The notes below the pieces were generated by a model. That model saw only the letters and a program-made list of their open reading frames with translations. It made no database searches and was not told where the DNA came from. A stretch of DNA of 64,000 nt, from NCBI RefSeq assembly GCF_018350175.1, contig NC_058368.1:192202001-192266000 (forward strand). The letters run 5' to 3'. Position 1 is the first letter of the stretch. The number at the start of each line of letters is the position of its first letter. Source of the stretch: Felis catus (taxonomy: Eukaryota). Position numbers and translations under genes: made by a program. Shown here one piece after another: positions 13,201 to 27,872 of this stretch.

Positions 13201-14682
13201 TGACAGAGAGCTTTTGCAATTTCCCTGGAGAGTAAATCCAGGAACGCAGCAAAGATAACACCCTGGGTGTTTCCTCCTGGTGGGTATCTGGAGAATCTTC
13301 TGGCGCCATTCTCCTCTGGAAGTCACCAGCCCTAGGCCACTGGGACAGCATGGAGATGGCTAACAGGAGTGAGGCACAGAAAGGACACAGCCCTGGCAGC
13401 CCATGTGAGATTCACATCAGCCCGTTGAACTGCAGAGGCCCTTTCACACAGCTGCCAGTCTGCTCACCTTCCCAGGTTCTAAGCTTCCTGCTCATCCTGG
13501 AGCACCCTGCCAGCCCTCGGGCATTGTGCACAAGATGTCCAAAGCTCTGAAACCAAAGCAAGGAGGTTTCCACAGTCCTGAGTTTCATACCTACAGTTCC
13601 AAATGACTCAGCCTTCTATTTAAAAAAAAATGCCTATTAGCTCTATTTCATTTCATCTCATTCTAAAATCCACTATTTCATTTGGGAAAACAAGACTCTT
13701 TTGATCTCTGATTGCCTAGCCATTCATAATTGATAACCTGCCTTTGGAAAACAGAAAAAAAAGTCACCATTAGCTGTTCCATTTGATATGCCCCAGAGCT
13801 TCAATTATGGAAGCCCCACTAGTTGAATAGAATTTATTCCAATGAGGCAAATCAATAAGAGATGAGAGGGGTGGGTTGGGGAAGAACAAGAGAAAAAAAG
13901 AGACGTAAATGGAGACAGAGACTAGAGTCCAGCATATAGGCACAGAGAGGAAGAGAGAGAGAGAGAGGATGAATTCTTCAAACTTCCAACAGCCCAAGCA
14001 TCACCCAAGGTTTTTTAGCACATTCCTAGTTGTTTTCTAAACTCAAGTTTGGTACAATTCCCCTGGCACTTCCCACCGATGAAAATAGGAAGACGTGCTC
14101 CCTTTTTCTGACAGTGACCTTTCCAGCATGCATATTCATGATTTTAAAGGCTTCAGCACCCAGCAACCTTTAGAGCAAGCAATACGGGGGAAGTCGCTGC
14201 ACACTTAAGGAGGCTTAAATTATGAAAGCCTATGTGTAAGGCAGGTGAGACTGGGGGAAAGGAAGGTCGTTCATGCGGCGTACGGAAAAAACCTGGGAAC
14301 AAGTTCAAAGGCAATACACTTCACTACCAAGAACTTTGAGGCAATCCGCTCTTCTTAAAAGAAGCTCTGTTACTATGTCATTTATATGTGTCTTTGCTGC
14401 AACATCACTACTCAAGAAATTTATGTGTATCGTGTTCAATCATGTCAGCTCTGGCAGCAGTGGAATGCTTAAGGTATTTTTTCTGGAATATTCTATTGCA
14501 ATATAAACACAATACTATGCACACACACACACACTCATAGGTACCCAAAAGCCCCAACAAGGTGATTGTCCATATCCAATTTTGTGTATAGAGGCTCAGT
14601 AGGGAAGGGATAGGGAAGAACGTTGCAATTCAACCCCCACAAAGGACAGCTTGCAGTTCCCTGCTGCAGCATCTACTTAAAT

Positions 14683-14912
14683 CTTTTTTTTTAATTTTTT
14701 TAATGTCTTTTTTTAATTTATTTTTGAGACAGAGAGAGACAGAGCATGAGCAGGGGAGGGTCAAAGAGAGAGGGAGACACAGAATCTGAAGCAGGCTCCA
14801 GGCTCTGAGCTGTCAGCACAGAGCCCCGACATGGGGCTCAAACTCACAGACTATGAGATCATGACCTGAGCTGAAGTTGGACACTTAACTGACTGAGCCA
14901 CCCGGGCACCCC
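14683..14912 (-). mobile_element. CanSINE
   Basis: SINE body with TSD cagcatctacttaa on both sides. Confidence 0.93.
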
Positions 14913-15339
14913 AGCATCTACTTAATTCTTATCAATTTGCTTTGAAAAGCCTGACACAGGCACTTTTGAGCCCTCAACGGAGGTGACTGCCACTCTCCTC
15001 AGAAAATTTGATCAGCGAGCTACTTGCTGAATTCAAAGTCCAAATCCCTTAATCGTGGGTAACACGTTTCCAAATAATGATACCACCTGGAAATCGTACA
15101 GCACTTTACATTTTCAAAGTGCCTTCACCAGCACGGTCCCCCAGTGCTGGCAGCCAGGCAGAGCAGCGAAGAGGAAGCCAGAAGAGGCAATCACGTGCCC
15201 AAAGCTGTGCACGTGGGAAGCGATGTCCGAAGTCTACACTGTGGTTGAATCAGGGATAAAGTCCCAACTCGAGGAATCATTTTGCAATGCTCTGGAAACC
15301 TTCCCCATTACTAAGCCTCATGTTTCAACGTCCTTACTT

Positions 15340-16150
15340 TGCTGTAATGACATCACTCACTATCTCCCAGCTCAGGGCCTTTGCGGCTCCCTCTGCCTGG
15401 AATGTTCCTCCCCTAGGAATAGGCAATTCTTTCTCATTACTCGCATCTTGTTTTCCATGTCACCTCCTCAGAGAAGTCTTCCCTGACTACTCTTGCTAGG
15501 AGGCGAGACTTCACGGTCACATCCCTTGCTTCATTGGCTACACAGAACTTAGCACTCTCTGAAATTACTATCTATACTGATGATCTGATTAATCACCTGC
15601 TCCCCTACAAGAACCATGAGGACAGGAACCTTGTTTCGCTCGTTTGCCACTGTATCCCATGTGCCTAGAACAGTGCCTGCTACAAGTAGGTGCCCCAAAA
15701 TATTTTCTGAGTGGTGAAACTCATTAATACTCATAAACCACCTCGTAAAACAGACGGGAAAGCGTTAATGTTCCCATTTTACAAATGAGTAAACTGAGGC
15801 CCAGAGTGGTTAAGTGTCTTGTCCAAGATGACACAGCTAGAAAGTGACAGAGCTGGGAAAAGAACCTGGGTCTCTGACATCAAGTCCAATGCTGCCTGCA
15901 CTATCTAACTCTTTTTACACCGAAAGCTTGGAGAATAAGAAATTCTTATTAATCAAGAATTACTTTATATGCCATTCATTCCCTCAACAGGAAATGCTGA
16001 GCATTTCCTAAGTCCAAGGAGTATGTTAAACACTATGGGAGATAAAAGGACATAGACAAGATATCGTCCCTGCCTTCAAGAAACTTACCATCTTCTAAGG
16101 AAGTGAAAATAAGCACACAAGGGTCAGTAAAATAAAAGAGAAAGTTTTAA
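15340..16150. mobile_element. L2 and MIR fragments
   Basis: L2 3' end gtgcctagaacagtgcctgc...agtaggtgccc; MIR core cccattttacaaatgagtaaactgaggcccagag; second L2 end cattcattccctcaacag. Confidence 0.7.
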
Positions 16151-16154
16151 GTAC

Positions 16155-16835
16155 TGTCTATGGACTAAATTGCATACCCCTACCCAAAATTCTTATGTGG
16201 AAGCCTGAACCCACAGCACCTCAGATTGTAACCTTATTTGGAGATAGGGCCTTCAGAGAGGTGATTAGGTTAAAATGAGGCCATTAGGGTGGGCCCTGTC
16301 CTATAGGACTGGTGTCCTTAGAAGAGGAACAGACACCAGGGAAGCATAGGCACAGAGACAGGGCCAGGCAAGGATACGGAAAGAGGGAGGCTATCTGCGA
16401 GCCCAAGAGAAAGGCCTCCAGAGAACTGTGGTACTTTGTTATGGCAGCAAGAATGGACTACTACAAATGCCTTAGTGGAGATAAAGAAAAAGCTCAGAGG
16501 CCAGTGAAAATGGCCAGCTAAGAAGTTCTGGTAGCTGTAGACATTCTCCGGCTCGTGGTGGCATAAAAACCAATCTCTGCCTCACAGCCATCTTCTTGCT
16601 GGGTCTCCACATCTTTGTGTGGCTTTCTGTTCTCTGTGCCTCACTTTCCTCTCCTTCCTAGGGCAGCAGTCACAGTGGATTCACAGCCCGCTCTGCTTCC
16701 ACATGACCTCATCATAACTGGACAAATCACATCTACAACAAAACAAAACTATGCCCGAAAAACATCACATTCTGACCAACTGGTGGTCAGGACTTCACTG
16801 TGTCTTTCAGGAGAATACAATTCAACCCATAACAA
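16155..16835. mobile_element. Two MLT1 (MaLR) LTR pieces in opposite orientation
   Basis: tatggactaaattg...ttatttggagatagggccttcagagaggtgatta...ttgttatggcagc, then gcataaaaaccaatctctgcc...caattcaacccataaca. Confidence 0.7.
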
Positions 16836-19122
16836 GTGGCTGGTTCAATCTTATCCAAGAAGACTTTTTTCTAGAACTTTTTCTGGAAATAAGAAGAAAA
16901 ACTAAACCTTATCCCCACAAGGTTTGATGTAAAAATTATATAAACCTGAAGCTATCAGGGCCCATCATCATTGGAGAGGGACTGGCAAAAAGCAGGCCTA
17001 AGGAAGGAGAGATGGAACAAGTCCTCATGGTGTTCTCTGAGCCCCTGGATCCAACCATACCTGATGTTGGTCTCTCCAGTGATGCAGCAAATCTATTATA
17101 TACATATTATCTATTACGTTCTCTGTGTTCATTGACCCAGTCTAATTGGATAGATAGCTTAAAACCAATAACCCCAACTAAACAGAGAAACCAGAACCAG
17201 TAAGATTTGACAAGTATATGACAACACTAAGAAGAAAGGCAAAGCTGCCTCCAAACCTGAGTCATGGGGAGGAAGTAGAGATAATGATAGACAAATGAAA
17301 GTCTATAAAGAAAGCAGGTTTTGGAAGGAAAATAATAAAGTTAGTTTTGGATTCCATGAGCTTAATATTTTAGGGTGTCCCGAATGGGGCTATATTCTCT
17401 AGGACATAGGAAGCAGAAGAACAGGAGCCAGGAGAGGAACATCATTACCTGTCATAAATGTGATTTGTGCTAACACAGAGGGATATGTCAGAATTCAGGG
17501 AAGGAAATAGGTCACTCTAGGTACATCAAGCAGAAAGAGGTTTAATGCAGGGAATTAAGTACTCACGGGGGAAGAAAGGCTTTGGAAGGCTAGAAGAGGC
17601 AGAAGTCAGGGCTCTCCCAGGGACTATAGAGCTCAAAGACATGCTACCAGAGCTGCGGTCCCAGAGTCAGGAACCTGCTGCTGTCACTGCGCCCTAAAGT
17701 CCTGAAGGCTGCTGGCCAGCCATTGGAATACTGAATCCAGTCACCACGGCAACCTCTTAACACATCTCTACCACCTGTGCAAAGGCAACTAATTGGTGGA
17801 ACTTACCTTGCATTTGGAATCCTCGTTGCAAGGAAGCTGTTAGCTTTCTAGCTTGTCCAGTTAGAAGGAAGAAGAAGTGGCAGCGGAGAAGGACAAGTCA
17901 CGGACACACACTACGAGAAACCAGGTAAAGGAAAAACTAATTGCCTGTGTGATCACTGTACAGGCTTCAACAAGCGCCTGCAGATGCCGAGTCTCAGTTT
18001 CCCCATCTCCAAAATGAGGCGGCTGATGTATGGGATTTGTAAGGGCGTCTTCAGCCCAGCTATTTCATAGAACTGTGAGAGACACCCTGGCCCTGACCCA
18101 GAGAGAAACAATTTTCTTCCCAGGAGTATTATCTTCCCAGCCGACAGGCCAGCCCCGCACATTTGAACATAATCATTAAACACCTAGCAAGAAGTGCCGT
18201 CCCACATACAGTTTAATAATTCACATTCCAATCCAATTACTGCGAGTTTCATAAACAAGGGCTTATTAGAATACAGTTGTTTCCTCTGAACAAGCGGCGT
18301 TTTTAGAAGGGAAATTACAATGATTATCTTCAAGATACAGGCATGAATAATATAATCATTCCTCCTCTCTCCTTGTTTTTATCGTTCCCTTCCATGCCGT
18401 CTTAGATGGGAGGCTCAATGCAGCCACCTCTCCCACTCTGGACACTTCCTCCCTTGGCATGAGGTCGTCTTCATCAAAATGCATCCATCCTGGGTCCTAC
18501 AGGGGCTTAGAGGTTTGCTAAGGGTTCTACTTCCCACTTATTCATCTCTGACTTACTATTGCATGTGAAGTTGGAGGGAGTTTGGTGGGGAGGCAAGCAG
18601 CAGACGGACAGTGAGGTGACTATAAGGCTCTGGGCATTTGTGACTTCTGGGTCTTGAATCCCCATCTCTAAAATAACAGGATTGGTTTAGACCAGGAATT
18701 CTTAAGCTGGGTACATGGGCAAGGTCCAAGGAATTTAAGAATAAGCCTAAATTATATACAGTAAGTCATATGCATAAGGGACATCCATGTCCCCAGTTTC
18801 TATTTAGAAAATAATGTGGTCCCAGGGATCCTGATTCCAGATCAGGACTTGTCCGTGGCAGGACAAGTGATCTAGCTAAGCCAATCAGTGCTCTCTATTT
18901 CCTGGCCAGGATAGACGAACTATGTACCTAAATCTTACAATCACATCAAATCTTACAACATTTGCTGGGAATACTGAAACAGAGACACTCTTTCCAGCTA
19001 GACGAGAACAAGAAATAATGAAGTACCAGGAACTCCCACGAGCCATCTTGGAACCCACACGGTAGCCAGTCCTAGGATGAGGCTGACACTGTAGGAGACT
19101 GAGCATAGAGACAGAAGAAAGG

Positions 19123-19326
19123 AGGGACACCTGGGTGGCCCAGTCAGTTAAGCGTCTGACTTTGGCTCAGGTCATGATCTCATGGTCCAGGAGTTCAAGC
19201 CCCACTCAGAGCTTGACAGCTCAGAGCCTGGATCCTGATTTGGATTTTGTGTCTCCCCCTCTGTGCCCCTCCCCAACTCATTCTCATTCTCTCTCTCTCT
19301 TTAATTTTTTTAAAAAATTAAAAAAA
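19123..19326 (+). mobile_element. CanSINE inserted in an older LTR-like element
   Basis: gggacacctgggtggcccagtcagttaagcgtctgac... Confidence 0.88.
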
Positions 19327-22300
19327 GAAACAGAAGAAATGAGAGTCTTAGTGAAATTCTTGAATTGCTGGATCAAGCTTCACCTGATATCCCTAAAGTT
19401 TTAGTTACATGAACCTCTACTATTTCAGCTGCTTTCTATAGGGCTTTCTGTAACATGAAATTAAAAGCAATTTCAATGACAGTACATTCGTATCTGAGAT
19501 GTTCTGAGGAGAGAAGCCATAGTCTCTAGGAAATCTTCAAAAAACTTTTTAATCCTTAAACTAGGAAAATCTCAGTACAAGAAACTAGGAAAATTTAGTA
19601 CTATGAATACCATTAGCGCTCTGTAATCTTACGAATCTGTGAAGTTCAAAATTGTTGGCTTAACTGCTAATATGATAATGTATAACCCTTGCCATTGTAA
19701 AAAAGCAGTTACATCTTTTTAATAAAGTTGAGCTTTTCCAATACAAAAAAAATGCATGCTTATTACAGAAAATTTGTAAACTATAGCGGAAAAATAAACA
19801 GAAAGACAACCATTGTTAATATTTTGGAAATTTCCTCTCAATGTTTTCATTTTTCTGTGTATAATCTTTGAGAGGTTTTAATATAGCTGAGTTCAAACTG
19901 TATGTGCAATTTTGTATCATGCTTTTTTCACCTGACATTATCACATAATTCCTACATCATTACAAACCCTTTGTAAATAGCCTTTTTTAAGTGGCTTCTT
20001 AACATTCTGTTGAATGGATATTCTAGAATTTATTTTACCATTCCCCAAGCGTTAGACAAAATGAGGATGTTTCCAGGTTTTGCTTTTGTTTGCTTGCTTG
20101 GTTATTTTGCTATTTTATTTCCTTTTGTAACAAATGGCTCCTTGCGGAATGGAAAGGAAGGAGGCAGCACCCCTGGCCATCACCATGTCAGATCACATAG
20201 GGAAGGCGGTAGGAGTACCATCTAGACATGGGGGAAGCCTCTGCCTTTCCATGGAGATAACTCACAGCGACTGTATCTACCCACTGTTAAGCTGCCTCTA
20301 TCTTTCTGATGACTTCTATCAGGAAGGAGAATTGCTAGAAGGCCTCTTTCCACCTGGAGGGTGAGTGCCGCCATGATTGTTGGGCTTGGGAAGGAGCCCT
20401 CCATGAGAGCCAGCGCCTCTCTGTGTCCCTTCAAGTGGCAAGTTTAGCAGGGGAGGCCCCTGTCTGGGCAGCCCGGCCATTATCTGCCTGTCTATGACAG
20501 CGTGTGAAGTCTCATTCTGAGATTCAGCCGTATGAAGCCCCTTTATTCTCCAAAATCAGTTTAATTGGTATAAAGGTGATATTTTGGTCTTCTTAGGTTG
20601 TCTTATTATTTCACTGATGTAGGACTCAGGCAGGGAAGGATGCTATTTATCAGACGCCTTCCAAACCATGACTAAGACAATAATATCCTCCCCTGTTGCT
20701 GCATCACTTCTCCCCACCCCACAAGTCAGCTGTTGGGGGTTGGGATTCTGTTTAGAGCACATGGCTCAAGGCACAACTTCTTGCCACCACTGGATCTTGG
20801 CAATCAATACTATGCTCGGGCAGACACAAAGATAATAGAATTATTACTTATAATAGCCACTACCATTTATCAAGCAGTGATAATGTACCGTGCGCTGTGT
20901 TAAACGCCTTACACCGTTCATGCTAACAAACCCTACAAAGTAGATATCATCACCTCCCTTTTGTAAGAGAGGAAACTGAGGCCCAGAGAGGGGCTGTAAC
21001 ATCTGGATTCACACTGTCGGTAGTGGCCAGATTCACAGTTAGACTAAGGGTCCTGAAAGCCTGTGCTCCTAACCTCTCAGCTCTGGTGAAGCTCCTCTGA
21101 GGAGAGGTAGGAAGGGCAGACAGAGGGAGTGAGGACCCCCACACTCCCACACCACTCAGCTCAGGTGATGCCACCAGACTCGGAGTCCAGCCAGGGTCTT
21201 TATCTTTCAGGAGGCCACCCCAACAGCATCAACAGGGTCACAAGGGACCTGGGGTGGAGAGGGGGTGTTTTGGACTTCTGTGTTTTTAGACAAAATTCAC
21301 ATGACATTAAACGCACCATCTTAAAGTGTACAATTCAGTGGCAGTTAGTACGTTCGCAATAGTTCCGGAACATTTTTATCACCCTAAAAAGAAACCCTAT
21401 TAAGCACTCACTTCCCATTCCCCCCTCACCTCAGCCTCTGGTGATCACTGATCTGCCTTCCATCCCCGTAGATTTACCTATTCTGAATATTTCACACAAA
21501 TGAAATCACCTGTAGGAGATTTCTCATGGGTGACGGCAGCTCTCACAAGTTACTCATTTTTGTAGATAAGGGAGAAGTCCTCAAAGCACACGGTGGAAAG
21601 AATTCTTTCACTGGCCATCTTGTCTTCCTACTTTGCCATGGTGCTGCCTCTTGGCTATTCTCTCCTCGACTGTCCACCCACCCTCTCCCCCATCCTCCCC
21701 TTCACATTCCCTCTAAAAATCCTTCCCAATCAATGAGCCAGGGATTGTGCTTCCTTCTAAGCAGATAACCTGAGAAATCCAATGATTTGATCCTTTTTCC
21801 CTTGGCTCAAGAGGGTCAAGACCAAATAGCACTGATTTTTTATTGGGGTTCAGCAGTTCAAATACAACTTTTAGCCTGGGCTCCTACAGGCGTCCTCAGT
21901 CCATGAGCCCACAGTTGAACTGTCACCTCCCTCCACCTCCACCCCTACTTGCCTTCCCTCCTGGCACAGGAGCCCTGAAAACTGTGTACATCCTTATAAT
22001 GTGTCACCTCTTCTTTTGAGATGAATGCTAGTTCTTTCCATAGTAGCTACAGCAGAAAGCAGTAAGACTCATTTATCAAGCCCACCTGGGAATGTTTTTC
22101 CTTCTGGTTGGAAAAAGGAAGAGAACTTCAAAGCTGCCCAAAATGATAGGCCAGAGTGCAGAATGGGAGAGGCAGAGAAGGAATGACTGATGGAGAGGAA
22201 GGACCAATGAGGTCAACAGGGGGTAGAGGGATTCTGTTATGAGAAGGGGCTCCTACACATCTCAAGACCATCCTGCAGAAACGTGAATTAAGACAGAGAC

Positions 22301-22832
22301 CACCTGCTGTCTCTGGGAAATGTGGGCACAAGACACTCCCCTGACAATATTCCCCTCGTCCTCACCTGACTTGAAGAAAGAGGCATGCACCAAGGGCTTA
22401 CAAATCCCAACAGTTTCCCGAGTCAGTTTCCATTTTCTCTGTGTCTCAGCCCAACAAGAAAATACCTATATTCACATGACAGGGAAGGGGAAGGGGGGAG
22501 ACTTAACAGGACAAGTGGGGCACATGAGACAAAACAGCCCTTGCCATCTATCCTACTGTGACCCCTCCTGTCTTTTCTGAGTGTGCTCCTAGGATTCTGT
22601 GATCCTGAATATCCACTCATGACCGTGAAGATTCCTAGCTCTCATTAATCTCAGTACTTGGGCTTACCACCTAACCCACGCACACACACACACACACCCC
22701 TCCAGCATCACTAAGTCAGTAGGTAAATGTTCTATCCGTAAATAAGGAAATGAATGTTCTATAGCTACCAATCCTAATCGTGGATGCTCAAATAGGAGCC
22801 CAGAACCCTCCCCCACCCCCACTGATTCCCTC

Positions 22833-23286
22833 TGTGTTAGATTCCTAGGCCTGCCATAACAAATTACCACAACCTCGGTGGCTTAAAACAACATAAACTG
22901 GTCGCCTCATAGTTCTGGAGGCTAGAGATCCAAAATCAAAGTGTTGCCAGGGCCATCCTCCCTTCAAAGTCTCTAGGGAAGAATCCTTCTTTGCCTCTTC
23001 TAGCTTCTGATGGTTACCAGTAACGCCTGACATTCCTTGGTTCATGGTAGCATCACTACAATTTCTGCCTCTGTCTTCACACAGCATTATCCCTCCGTGT
23101 CTGTGGACAAATTTTCGTCTTCTTAAAAGGACAAAAGCCATTGGATTAGGGCTCACATTAGTCCAGTGTGACTGCATCTTAACTTGATTATATCTGCAAA
23201 AACCCTGTTTCCCAATAAGGTCACATTCACAGGTGGCGGGAGTTTCTTGAACAGATCTTTTGGGGTAACACGGTTCAGCCCACCAC
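22833..23286 (-). mobile_element. MLT1 (MaLR) LTR
   Basis: tgtgttagattcctaggcctgccataacaaattaccacaacctcggtggcttaaaacaaca...cacggttcagcccaccaca. Confidence 0.85.
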
Positions 23287-25089
23287 ATTCTCTAATAAGG
23301 ATCAAAACAGAGTCCTGTGGCATGTTAGCAATAGAAATATTGTCCTATTATCGGCTCCTGGGGCACCAAAAAGGTATTATCATCAACGCGACAAAATACC
23401 AATATTTACCGAGTACTAAGTACCAAGCATTGTGCTATTTTACGTGGATTTTATTTTAATCCTCGTATTCACCCTATGAAGGAGGAACAACTACCAGCCC
23501 CATCTCCCTAGGGAGGAAATTGAAGCTTTAAAAAATTAAGTAACTTACCCACGGAACATAATGACAGATCCAGGATTTGAACCCAACTCTCTCTGACCGC
23601 AAAGCCTACCAAATTTCTTCCGTGCTTTACTTTTGGATAAAGCTGTGTGACTTTGAACAAGTAAACACCCTTCTCTGGGCTTTAGTATCCTTACCTGGGA
23701 AAAAAAAAAAAAAAAAACAGTTCCTGAAGATGTCTAGGGGCTCTTCCTGCTGTGAGTCCACAGCTCTGTGAGTCTTTTCATCCAGGGTAACCACCCACTC
23801 TGGCCAGCTGATCTACATTTGAAATCCACTGAGTCAATATCCGTTTCCGGCCCCCTCATTGCTGAAGAGCAACCTGACACACTGCAAAGTGGGTTTTCAC
23901 ATGGTTCAAATAAACGGGACGTCAAATACCTTTCCCAAATCCCAACAGTGGGCTCTCAGGGCCTCATCAGACGCAGTCATCATTTCCATCCAAATTTATG
24001 CTTCAGGAAGAGCCTAACTGACCCGCAGGGAAAGACCAGCCCCCCTGGAAACACACATCTTGGCAGCCCTTGGGGAAAAACTCGAATTTCTGATTTGTCT
24101 CTTATCAGCAGTGTGCTTCTGGAACTCAGCAAGAACATCAAGTTCGCGATGTCTTTCACTTGACTTAAATGAATATTTCATATTCTAGTTCTAGAGAACA
24201 GGGTGATGGAAGGTATTCCCTATTTCCTGACTCCCTCCTCCTGGCATTTGCCCATTACTTTTCATTCCATTTTCCAACGAGGCCACATTATGTGGGGCTC
24301 TAGACACACCCTGACAGAAGCAAGCAGGGGAAGGGGGTGGGCAATAACGAAAACATTAGGGTCAGTAAGGGAACTGGTGGAAAGATAAAGAACAGCGCTC
24401 AGAGCAAGCTAAAGCCAAAGTGATCACAAAATCATAAAATGAATCACATTTATCGTACGCTCCTAGTCTCAGGCACATTTTCTCTTCTGATGCTCTCGGC
24501 AGTTATGCGGAGCAGCTGCGTTATGATCCCACTTTGCAGATGCAAAAAACCAAGGCTCAGCTGGTAAATGAGAGTCAGCACCAGGTGTGGCTGGTTCCAA
24601 AGCCTCTTTCCTCTACACCCCGGGGCCCCGAGGATCACAAAGAATAAAACAGTCACCTCCCTCTTCGTAGAGTTTACACTGCTGTTGCTGTTGCAGCTGC
24701 CAACTTCCAACAGCAAGTACTCTTTTTATTTTTTTTTCATGGAGGAGGAGACAAGATTTTATTCTAATGATGCCAAAAACAAGAAGACTGCCTCAGATCT
24801 GGAGTCTTGGACAGAATCAATGCTTGGGAAGAATGCAGGAGGAAGAGGTGAAAGTGGCCCTCATCCTTGGTCCTGCTCGCTCTCGCTCCTGCTAAAATAT
24901 CAGAACCAAGGGCTCAATGGTTCCTGCAGTCTCCCAAAGCTGCAAGACCGTCCTCCTCGGAGCTGCCCCCCATCCCGCCTCCCAGCAAGCACTCAAGTCA
25001 CACAGACCTAGATTCCAACCCCAGCTCTCAGAGCCTCCCTCATCTGTAAGATGAGGGTGATATTAGTACCTAGACATCTTGAGTCCCAC

Positions 25090-25985
25090 TATTTCTCCCT
25101 CCCTTCACCCTACAGCCCTATCAAGCTCGGTCCCCTGCAACAGGCACCTCACTCATCTCCCTTCTCCCACTCTTGTTCCCTAGAGCCACCTTCTCCACCC
25201 AGCAGGCACAGTGATCTTTTTAAAATATAAATTAAATCACACAACTGTCTTGCTCAAAACCCTCCAGTGCCTTCTGATAATTCCTAGAATTAAAAAAATA
25301 TATATTTGGCACGGCCTTCAAGGCCCTCCCTTGCCAACCCTCCCTACCTCTCCCCCTGCATCCCTCCATGGCACCACATGGGCCTTCTGGTTCCTGAAAC
25401 GTGCCAAGGTCATTAGCATCTTTGCACTAGTTTGTCCCTCTGGCCAGCACGCTCTTCCCCAGGGCTTCACGTGCTTCCTCCCTCACTTCATTCAGGACTT
25501 TCTCAAAAGTCCTTTCTCCAGAGAAGCTTCTCTTACCTCTCCCATTTAAAAAGCAGCTTTCCAGGGAAGCCTGGGTGGCTCAGTTGGGTGAGCACCTGAC
25601 TCTCGATTTCGGCTCGGGCTGTGATCTCTCAGTTCGTAACATCGAGCCCTGCGTTGGAATCTGCACAGATAGTGTGGAGCCTGCTTGGGATAGTCTCTCT
25701 GCCCCTCCCCCACTCCTGCTCGCTCGCTCTCTCTCAAAATAAATAAGTAAACATTAAAAGAAAATAAAAAGCAGCTTTCCTATCACACTTTAGAATTTTA
25801 CTTGCCTTATTTTTCCCCATAACATGTATTACTACTTGAAATTCTACACGTGTTTAAATTGTTATTATCTGTCTTTTCCACTAAAATATATACTCCCTGA
25901 CAGCAGGAGCCTTCCCTATTTTATTTCTCCAATACTTGTCATACAGTAGGTGCTTAATAAATATTAGTAGAATGAATGAATAAAT
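25090..25985 (+). mobile_element. L2 3' portion interrupted by a CanSINE (~25563-25770)
   Basis: L2 end agtaggtgcttaataaatattagtagaatgaatgaa. SINE TSD taaaagcagctttcc. Confidence 0.8.
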
Positions 25986-26261
25986 GAGACCGTATAAGTT
26001 TGGGCAAAGACTGCGAGTTGTCCCCAATATCCATTCTCCCCTTCTTCCTTTTAGTAATTAAAACTCCAGGTTGTAGTCGGACACAATACTGCCCCCCTAA
26101 AGGCTCAGTATCCCAGACTCTCTTGAAACTAGATGTGTCTATATGACTAGGTTCTTGCCAATTAAGATTGCCAGATAAGATGCCCAGTTAAATATGAGTA
26201 TCAGACAAACAACCAACAATTTGGGGGGATAAGTGTCTCCCAAATTAAAAGTTCAGTAATC

Positions 26262-26336
26262 ATGCAACATTATTCACAATAGCCAAAATATGCAAGCAGC
26301 CCAAGTGTCCATCAATAGATGAATGGATAAAGATGT

Positions 26337-26384
<48 letters not shown>

Positions 26385-26795
26385 AATATTATTCAGCCAT
26401 AAAAAATGAAATCTTGCCATTTGCAACAACATGGATGGATCTAGAGAGTATAATGCTAAGTGAAAGAAGTCAGAAAAAGACAATACCATATGATTTCACT
26501 CATACGTGGAATTTAAGAAACAAAACAAATGAACAAAGTAAAAAAAAAAGAGAGAGAGAGAGAGAGACAAACCAGAAAACACACTCAGCTATAGAGAACA
26601 AACTGGTGGTTACCAGAAGGGAGGTGGGTGGGGTTTGGGGTGAAATAGGTGAAGGGGATTAAAAGTACACTCCCCATGACGAGCACTGAGTAATGTACAG
26701 AACTATTGAATCATTATATTGTACACCTGAAACCCATACAACACTGTATGTTGACTATACTGGAATTCAAATAAAAATTAAATTAAAAAAAATTT
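26262..26795 (+). mobile_element. Carnivore L1 3' end with (CA)n, inserted in a MER33/MER3-like hAT remnant
   Basis: ttgccatttgcaacaacatggatggatctagagagtataatgctaagtgaa...tgtacacctgaaacccata. Flanking ttgccagataagatgcccagttaaatatgag. Confidence 0.85.
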
Positions 26796-26856
26796 TAAGT
26801 CCAATAATTGCTTTAGTATAATTATGTCCCATTCAATAAAAGAAAAAATTATCAAT

Positions 26857-27285
26857 TGTGTCAAAACCAAACACAAGCAAAGACAGGACTTAAAAACTTC
26901 CTGAGCAAAACCAGTCATACAAGCAAAGCTTAATTGAGCTTACTTTGCAAGACAAGCGAGGCTACCTTGACCTGGGTCACATCTGGCTCCATACCTCTGA
27001 AAATCATAAGCAAAAGTTAAATTGTTCCCCCAAGATGGGTTTGAGGTATCCACTAACCAATTTCCCGTCATTTAAGAACTTTTTAATTTTGGAACCCATC
27101 ACTGTGAACACAGAACCGTCACTGCCTCCGCTCTATACAAGTTGCTTCCTAACAACATACGTCTGAGTTTCAGTCCACGTTTTGGTTTGAGGGCTCCTGG
27201 TTTGGAAACTATCTTTTTGGTGGGTACACAGTAAACTTTTATGAAACACTACTTCAGCGATTCATTTGTTTTACTTCTGTTAAAC
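26857..27285 (+). mobile_element. Probable ERV solo LTR
   Basis: TG start, TATA-like ctctatacaa and AGTAAA-type signal near the end. Family not identified. Confidence 0.4.
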
Positions 27286-27872
27286 CTTAAAGAAAGTAAT
27301 GTCTACAACTCCAAGGTCACAGCCTTAAAACTAAGGACATGTCCTCACTTACCACTCCCCTTCCTGCCGGCTTCAACACCATCATAAGGGGCAGTGTGAG
27401 TCACCAGTGACTCAGTGGACCAGCACAGCATTCAAGGATGTGGCGAAGCAGAGAATGGAAGGAGCCCCCGGGCCAGGGCACATGTGATGGAACAGGGCCA
27501 TTCTACTTTCCAGGCCGGCCTCCTGGCTCGGACTTGTACATGAAAGGAAAACTACCTTCCACCTCATTAAAACCTCTGTTAGCTTCTTCGCCACTAAAGC
27601 AGCTGAACCAGTATCTGAACAAGTGCCAAATTATAAATTGTGCAAAATTATCTCAGAAAGCCTTAATAAATGTGCGTTTCTCATGTCCTCACTAACAGAG
27701 TTGCCCCTCATTACCAAATTTCACAGCTCTGATTTGAAGGACATTGGCATCTTTGTCCTTCTTTGGCACTCTGAAGCCGTCGTTGTTTCCAAGCGCCAGG
27801 GTGGGGCCGTGGGAACTCGGCTGCCAGCAGAGGCCAGGTGCCCTGTTGGCCTCCGAGGAGAGGGGCTCAAAC

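Noticed and set aside
20130..20560. Possible exon with a donor-like gggtgagtg near 20360
   Set aside because: No recognisable protein homology or matching acceptor; unsupported without transcript data.
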